A stretch of 64,000 nt of DNA. It comes from an uncultured Acidobacteriota bacterium (GTDB lineage: Bacteria > Acidobacteriota > Thermoanaerobaculia > Gp7-AA8). Positions within the stretch are counted from its first letter, which is position 1. Every line of letters begins with the position of its first letter. A model generated the notes under the pieces. It worked only from the letters and a program-made list of their open reading frames with translations. It ran no database searches and was not told the DNA's origin. Positions 58,068 to 64,000 of the stretch are shown here, piece by piece. Made by a program: the position numbers and the translations under genes. The stretch lies in contig CAVUKB010000006.1 of assembly GCA_963741955.1 (NCBI GenBank), positions 288,001 through 352,000 on the forward strand, in the 5' to 3' direction.

Positions 58068-59987
58068 CTGAAGTTCCCTGGGGCTATAGGCAAGGATCCG
58101 CTGTAAATTCAGGGAGATAGGCAGGAATATGCGTGCAGGCTTCTGTCTACAAGTGGATGGACTTGAGCAGATCGAAGGCGCGCTGTTGAGTTAGGCCTGG
58201 GGTGGTGACGAGGTCGAAGGTGGACTCGTCGTTGGATGCGCCCGGACGGCGAGCGGTGTTGCGGACGATGGTGCTCAGGTCTGCGAGCAGGGTCTGAAAG
58301 CTGTGGGCGGGAGTGCCGTCGTCGAGTACCTTCGAATGGATCTTATCGAGCGCTTTCGCTGATCGTTTTGCGGGAGCAACGGGATCACGGCTCGTTTTTG
58401 CCTGCTGGTCCTCGTCGGAGAAAAGCAGTGGGCGCCAGGCTTCCATCATGTGCCAGGCCACGTAGTAGGCCAGCATGCAGAGGAAGATGTGAGCCTTGAC
58501 GCGCTCCTCGAGCCGGTGGCGGATGGGCCGCACCTGGAGATCGACAGTCTTCAGTGAGCGAAAGGCCCGCTCGACCTGACTGAGCAGCTTGTAACTGCGC
58601 ACGACGTCGTCGGTGCCAAGAGTCTCGGCGGCCACGCTGGTCCTTACGACATAGAGCCCATCGAGGGAAGCCTCGCGCGCCACCTTGTCCGCGTCGATGT
58701 GGAAGTCAAGCCCGTCATCGCGAATGTCCAGGACAATGTGTTTGGCGACCTTGTACTTGTCGATCACCTTGCCGACGCGTACGCCAATGACGTCCTTTCC
58801 TTGGAGCTTGCCGTGCGAGACCATCCCTCGCACTTTCTCCAATTCCTTGAGCGTAGCCTCGAGGAGCGACTCGCGTTTGTGCGCGCGCAACCGGGCCAGA
58901 TCCGCATTGCGACAGGCCACCAGTCGCTCGCCCGGGAAATCGGGATGGGTCATCTCGAAAAGATTGCGCGTGTCGAACAGCCCGAGCTGGATATGACCGG
59001 CGTCAACGAGCTTTTGAATCGTCACGCTCCTGAGGGCCGTAATCCAATCAATGCCGTCTCGCTGACGGAGATCATCGATTTGCTTCTGCGAGATCATGCC
59101 GCGATCGCCAACGAGAACAAACTTCTCGATCGTGAAGGTCTTCTGTAGTTTCTCGACCTGAGGCATCAATGTCCTGGGGTCACTGGTGTTGCCATCGAAG
59201 ACACTCACTGCTACGGGGCACCCACGGCGGTCGGTCAGCAGTCCGTAGTTGACCTGAAGCTTGCCCTTCTTGCCATCCCGGTTGTGGCCGCGCATGGCGA
59301 GCGGGCAGCTCTCTCCCTCGAAATAGCTCGAGCTCAGGTCGTACAGGACCAGACCGCCCTTGGGCAGATGTCTCGCTGCGAGTTTCTTTTCGATTGCGTC
59401 TTGTCGGCCAAGCAGCCAATCGAGCGCGCCATAGAGGTCGTCTTCATCGGCATCGGTGACACCGAAGACTTCGGGAATCGTCGAGGTGTGCCATGACCGC
59501 ACGGTGCTGAGCTTGCTGCGCGGGGCAAGGATACGAGCCGCCACCATGGCGAGGACCAGATCACGCTCGCGGCACGAGCGAGATGCAACGAGCGAAGCGA
59601 AGCCGAGTTGCTTGATTGCGATCTGGACGGCTTCGACATGACCGTGATGGACCGATCGAATGATCTCGAACAGCTCGGCGATCGGGGCGAGCCTCTCGCC
59701 CTTCAAGATTCTGCGAATCGCGTCGATCTGATCGGCCGGCAGGGCCGAGAGATTGGCCAGCGTGCGTTTTCGGACCTTGGCCCCCACCCGGTAGGACTCG
59801 CGCAGCAGGACGGCCGGGGCCGAGTTGCGGTTCGGCACGATGTCGATGTGCATGGCCACAGTATGCCAGTACTATTCACACCTGTCAATGCAGTAATCAC
59901 ACTTACATGGCTACATTCTTGCATACAAATCGAGGTCATCTTCAAGAAAACACAGCACTTCTCTGCGAAAACCCCCGGGAACTTCAG
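58068..59987 (-). mobile_element. IS1634-family insertion sequence (1920 bp)
   Basis: TIR CTGAAGTTCCC(T/G)GGGG; 6-bp DR GTTAAG at 58062-58067 and 59988-59993. Confidence 0.92.
58147..59859 (-). CDS. IS1634-family transposase
   Basis: LLRESYR, YDLSSSYFEG, VGDRGMI, VERAFRSLK and AHIFLCMLAY. Confidence 0.95.
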   Translation of the reverse strand: MAMHIDIVPNRNSAPAVLLRESYRVGAKVRKRTLANLSALPADQIDAIRRILKGERLAPIAELFEIIRSVHHGHVEAVQIAIKQLGFASLVASRSCRERDLVLAMVAARILAPRSKLSTVRSWHTSTIPEVFGVTDADEDDLYGALDWLLGRQDAIEKKLAARHLPKGGLVLYDLSSSYFEGESCPLAMRGHNRDGKKGKLQVNYGLLTDRRGCPVAVSVFDGNTSDPRTLMPQVEKLQKTFTIEKFVLVGDRGMISQKQIDDLRQRDGIDWITALRSVTIQKLVDAGHIQLGLFDTRNLFEMTHPDFPGERLVACRNADLARLRAHKRESLLEATLKELEKVRGMVSHGKLQGKDVIGVRVGKVIDKYKVAKHIVLDIRDDGLDFHIDADKVAREASLDGLYVVRTSVAAETLGTDDVVRSYKLLSQVERAFRSLKTVDLQVRPIRHRLEERVKAHIFLCMLAYYVAWHMMEAWRPLLFSDEDQQAKTSRDPVAPAKRSAKALDKIHSKVLDDGTPAHSFQTLLADLSTIVRNTARRPGASNDESTFDLVTTPGLTQQRAFDLLKSIHL

Positions 59988-60752
59988 GTTAAGCGTGATA
60001 ATGCCGTCCCAACAAGTGCCCGAATAGATCACAGGCATGCTCAGATCTGTCGCCGCCAGCACCCGAGTACCACCGGTATCCGTGGCGAATTCGGGGTGGT
60101 CTGGTCTGACTCCGGTATCGACCACATAAGCTCGCACGTTGCTCGCCGACGAGCAGTAGTAGAAGAAATGATCGGTGCGAGGCGCTCCAGGGTTGGGCTG
60201 GTCCACGCGATCCTTTCCCTATAGGCTTGCCCGGGAATCTCCGGGCGAATAGGGGTTAAGCTCCCCTCCGGAGGAAATCTGAATGACACTGTTCTCATGC
60301 ACCGATAGAACAAATGGATCATTGGCCAAGGCGTTCGCGGCCGCCTGCGTTCCAGAAAATGCGAACCCCTTCAGGACAGAGTTGTATACAAGACTCGGTC
60401 GGATACCGTGCCGCTGTGCAATCAACGCCGGAGGAAATGGAACATCGTCCTTCAGCATGACGACGTAGCTGCCGGGGACAGAAAGGGTGTGGTGTACGAG
60501 ATCTCCGGCGAACGCGGGTAATGCCAGCGATAACAGCAGTGCCGGAACAATCAAGACCTTCATCGGGGCCTTTCCTCCTTTGTGATGGTGATTCAAGAGC
60601 GCACGTGGATGATCAGTTTCACGCCAGCGTTCGAGCCTCGTGCGACGTTGAAGAATTCCGCAAGCGGTAGCGACATGTCACCATTCGGAGCGTTGAACGA
60701 TCGCTGTCGCGGAAGCTGAATCCCTCCGACAATTAATGTAGCGCGGGATATT

Positions 60753-61184
60753 TCATTCGGCTAGATGACATTTTGTGCGCTTCGCACACTGCGAAAGCCG
60801 ACGACATTTCGATGTCGCTCTGAGGGGGCGCGCGGCCGACGCGCTGGCAAGGCACCGATAGCAGGTTGGCGACTGACCCGAACCGGAAAGAAAGGCACGG
60901 AAGAACGTACGAATGCGCTCGTATCCACACGACCTAGCGATGCTGGCCGTCGGCGTCGTGGACCAACGAAGCATGCGGCGAGCACGCACGAACTGGCGGC
61001 GCTTGAGGTATCCCGATACGGTGAGCCCATGACGTCGCTTGAAGACGCGATTCAGCGTGAATCGCGAGAGCGCCGTTCTCGCGGCAACCTCGTCGACTCG
61101 GGGGGCACGCTCCTCCCGAAAGCACTCACGAAGATAGCGGTCGATAGTTCGCCTCAGAGTCTCTCGGGGACACGTGTTGTCCAT
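60753..61184 (-). CDS. stand-alone AraC-type HTH regulator
   Basis: VDEVAARTALSRFTLNRVFK...IARSCGY...FFRAF...GQSPTCYR; no sensor domain. Confidence 0.8.
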   Translation of the reverse strand: MDNTCPRETLRRTIDRYLRECFREERAPRVDEVAARTALSRFTLNRVFKRRHGLTVSGYLKRRQFVRARRMLRWSTTPTASIARSCGYERIRTFFRAFLSGSGQSPTCYRCLASASAARPLRATSKCRRLSQCAKRTKCHLAE

Positions 61185-61862
61185 ACCATGGAGTGCTCGG
61201 GGAGGAGCAAATCGGTACCCTGGAACGCGTTACGGTTCGGTGACGATCCAGTGCGGCGCTCTGTTCGAGTTGACCGAAGATGTCAAGGAAGCTGAAACGT
61301 ACCTCCCGCGTCGTCCGCCGTTCTCGTCCCCGACCTCGACCTTCTGGGCTCCCGCACGATCAGCTATACTCCCCCGGGGATCAGCGCCGGGCCGAGCGCC
61401 GCAGCGATTTGACTGGGTCCGCCGGCGTGGGTTGAAGGAACGGACCACCGGATCGACTGCATCATAGACGGCGAGCGCTCGTTCAGCCGTTCATCGTCAT
61501 GAAATCGACCACCTCGGCACCTGGCGGGCGGCGTGCTGCGTCTGAGCACGTCGCGGTATTCTTGCTCGAGCCCTGTCGAACATCGAGGTCGCATCTCGCC
61601 AGCAGGTCACGAATGCATGTTCGCGTCAGAGAGGACCGGAAATGAGGGCCGCGACGCGTGAGGGGCTGCCGCACGGGGCCGCAACCGCTCTCGCGATCGA
61701 TGCCTGTCGATGAAGATGTAAAAGTGACCCACTGCGAAGAAGTAAAAGTTGACCACCTGAGGGGAAGGGGCTCCGCCGGGGAGAGAGGCACGGGCGACCG
61801 TGCTGGGTGATGATTCCTCCGTCCGGAGGCGAGCGGAGCGAGCCGGAGGGCGGAGGAATCAG

Positions 61863-63137
61863 GTGATCGAACAGGAGCAGTGGATGAACATCCGAGAACT
61901 CAACCGCCAGGGAATGGGGATCCGGGCGATCGCCCGGACTCTCGGGATCTCCCGTCAGGTGGTGCGAAAGACACTGCAGCAGACCGTCCCGGAGCGGTAT
62001 CGAAAGCGGCCTCCGCGGCCGCGGAAGATCGACCCGTTCGTGGACGATCTCGAACGGCTGGCCCGGGAACGGCCGCACATTCGCGCGACGCGACTCTATG
62101 AAGAGATTGTGGCGAAGGGCTATACCGGACACTACGAAGCAGTCAAAGTCTGGACCCGCGCTTTCCGCCGCGCCGAACAGGCCCGCAGGTCCGCGTGCGT
62201 ACGGCTCGAGACCGACCCGGGTGAGGAAGGACAGTTCGATTGGAAAGGACCGGCTCTCGGGTTGATCCCGAGCAACCCGGAACAAAAGATCAGGTTCTTC
62301 CGGCTGGTCTACGGCTACTCGCGGCGCCGCTTCACATTCGTGGTGACGACGACCACGCTGCCGATGGTTCTCGAGAACCTCCGCACCACGTTCGAGCAGG
62401 CGGGCGGCACGCCGGCCCGACTGGTCTTCGATAACTTCAAGGCCGCGGTGATCCACCCCCGACCGCACCTGGAGCTCAACCCTTCCTTCGTCGAGTTCTG
62501 CCGTCATTACGGAACGTCTCCGGCACCGGCTCTGCCGTACAAGCCCGAGCGGAAGGGAAAGGTCGAACGGAGCTTCCGTGATCTGATCGACGTGGGTGTT
62601 CTGGATCGCACCTGGAACTCGATCGACGAGCTCCAATCGTTCGTCACCATGGATGACGAGCAGCATGCGGCGAAGATCTGTTCGTCGACCGGACAGACGC
62701 CGGCCGAGCGTTTCGAACGGGAACGCGGATTTCTGATCGAGCTTCCCGCCCTGGCTTTCGACGTCCGCCTCGCCGAACCGCGGCGCGTGCTGCGCGACTG
62801 CACCGTCTCGTACCGCGGGGCCTACTACTCCGTCCCGGCACGACTCGCAGGTGCGCGAGTGATCGTCAAAGCCGCACCCGCCGGAGACGTGATCGAGATC
62901 GTTCATCTCGACGAATCGGTCGCCGTGCATCCAGTGATCCCCAAAGGTCAGAGGAGGGTTCTCGAGGAGCACGTGGCGGTGCTCCGCCGTCCGCGCTGGG
63001 ATCGGCTCCGAAAGCCGAAGCCCGAACCGGTTTCACCGCCGCCTCCAGTTCCGACTCTGGTGGTATGGCCGCGAGTTACGGTCGAGAATCGGCCGATCGA
63101 AGACTATGCAGCGTTGGTCGACGGAGGTGGGCGATGA
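61863..63137 (+). CDS. istA: IS21 transposase
   Basis: N-terminal HTH; ETDPGEEGQFDW, FDNFKAAV and KGKVER. Confidence 0.93.
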   Translation: MIEQEQWMNIRELNRQGMGIRAIARTLGISRQVVRKTLQQTVPERYRKRPPRPRKIDPFVDDLERLARERPHIRATRLYEEIVAKGYTGHYEAVKVWTRAFRRAEQARRSACVRLETDPGEEGQFDWKGPALGLIPSNPEQKIRFFRLVYGYSRRRFTFVVTTTTLPMVLENLRTTFEQAGGTPARLVFDNFKAAVIHPRPHLELNPSFVEFCRHYGTSPAPALPYKPERKGKVERSFRDLIDVGVLDRTWNSIDELQSFVTMDDEQHAAKICSSTGQTPAERFERERGFLIELPALAFDVRLAEPRRVLRDCTVSYRGAYYSVPARLAGARVIVKAAPAGDVIEIVHLDESVAVHPVIPKGQRRVLEEHVAVLRRPRWDRLRKPKPEPVSPPPPVPTLVVWPRVTVENRPIEDYAALVDGGGR

Positions 63138-63916
63138 GCGAACCGACCTTCAACCGGCTCCTCGATCATGTCGAGAAGCTCGGGCTATGGCGTCTTAAAG
63201 AAACGCTCTCGTCTCTGCTATCCGTCGCAGAGAAAGAGTCGTGGGGACACGCCGAGACTCTCGACCGGCTCTTCGAAGAGGAGATTGTCGCACGCGAAGA
63301 GCGTCGGGTGCGCAGCTCTCTGAAGCTCGCCGGGTTCCCCTTCCTCAAGACTCTGGACGGGTTCGACTTCGCCTTCCAGCCTTCTCTCGACCGCGCTCGG
63401 GTGCTCGATCTCGCTTCGCTCGGCTTCCTCGCAAGAAAGGAGAACGTACTTCTGCTCGGCCCACCCGGTGTCGGCAAGACCCACCTGGCCATCGCCCTCG
63501 CCGTCCAGGCCTGCCAGAACGGCTACTCCGTCTACTTCACCACCCTCGATGAGATGATCCGAAAACTCGCCGCTGCGGACCGCGCCGGCAAGCTCCCCCG
63601 GAAGCTTCGTACCTACTCGACCAAATACCAGCTCCTGGTGGTCGACGAAGTCGGCTACCTGACACTCAACCGGATCGAGGCGAATTACCTGTTCCAGGTC
63701 GTCGCCAGCCGTTACGAGCGCTCGAGCATGATCCTGACCTCGAACAAGGCCATCAACGAATGGCCCGAGGTCTTCGGCGAGCTCGCCCTCGCTACTGCCA
63801 TCCTCGACCGTATCCTCCACCACTCCTACGTCCTCTCGATCCGAGGCAACAGCTACAGGCTTCGAGACAAACTCCTCACCACCACTCAACCCGCCTCGGC
63901 GGATCAGCCAGCCTGA
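63134..63916 (+). CDS. istB: IS21 helper ATPase
   Basis: GPPGVGKTHLA, VVDEVGY, TSNK and AILDRILHH; ATGA overlap with istA. Confidence 0.95.
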   Translation: MSEPTFNRLLDHVEKLGLWRLKETLSSLLSVAEKESWGHAETLDRLFEEEIVAREERRVRSSLKLAGFPFLKTLDGFDFAFQPSLDRARVLDLASLGFLARKENVLLLGPPGVGKTHLAIALAVQACQNGYSVYFTTLDEMIRKLAAADRAGKLPRKLRTYSTKYQLLVVDEVGYLTLNRIEANYLFQVVASRYERSSMILTSNKAINEWPEVFGELALATAILDRILHHSYVLSIRGNSYRLRDKLLTTTQPASADQPA

Positions 63917-64000
63917 AGAAAGGAGGTCATCCTACTTGCGTCCAAGACCCCCCGCCCGACCCCCCTGGTCAACTTTTCACTCTTCAGGGTGGTCAACTTT

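Larger units (their letters stand above)
57336..60563 (-). pseudogene. S8 subtilase (proteinase K/aqualysin-like) with I9 propeptide; in-frame TAG plus IS1634 insertion
   Basis: Restored 433-codon ORF: signal peptide, I9 domain, L*GKDRVDQ, VVDTG (Asp), SHGTGVAS (His), AAGN, GTSFAAP (Ser). Confidence 0.9.
61705..64000 (+). mobile_element. IS21-family insertion sequence (right end truncated by the window)
   Basis: Starts TGTC with tandem GTAAAAGT(T)GACC repeats; inverted GGTCAACTTT repeats at 63967-64000. Confidence 0.9.

Noticed and set aside
60219-60221. Pyrrolysine or programmed read-through at the subtilase TAG
   Set aside because: The position corresponds to a conserved Trp (single TGG to TAG change), the gene is also IS-disrupted, and no pyl genes are seen.
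61185-61704. Possible degenerate tyrosine-recombinase C-terminus (PHASRPSF...IRDLL) cut by IS21
   Set aside because: Needs a frameshift and lacks the catalytic residues; cannot be supported without a search.

Overview
GC-rich bacterial chromosome segment. The gene content (acidobacterial-type VWA and GWxTD proteins, MtrAB, split gcvPA/gcvPB) suggests Acidobacteriota, possibly Thermoanaerobaculia; this is an inference. About 45 CDS are present: a SigG-type ECF sigma/DoxX/VOC cluster, a Pif1-like helicase, an FHA-GGDEF protein, pgm, an MtrA/MtrB porin-cytochrome pair, GWxTD and VWA genes, a PAS/GAF kinase with a NarL-type regulator, and gcvT-H-PA-PB. Four IS families occur (IS1182, ISL3, IS1634, IS21). 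The most unusual signals are non-coding. (1) Two families of 161-180 bp full-length hairpin elements (A and B) show compensatory changes and share a central stem-loop. A carries the IS1182 ends, and A, B and the IS are stacked end-to-end with TA spacers inside an ompW gene and repeatedly abut TAGCCCGC. (2) A three-part tandem-repeat cassette has two 7-mer arms that are complementary through G-T wobble. (3) Paired ACCCGGGT palindromes overlap the promoter of a DUF2239 gene with a ribbon-helix-helix-like segment. (4) A decaying AraC-subtilase-secreted protein operon carries a nonsense mutation and two IS insertions. I saw no rRNA, tRNA or CRISPR array. All family assignments come from recognising motifs by eye, not from database searches.
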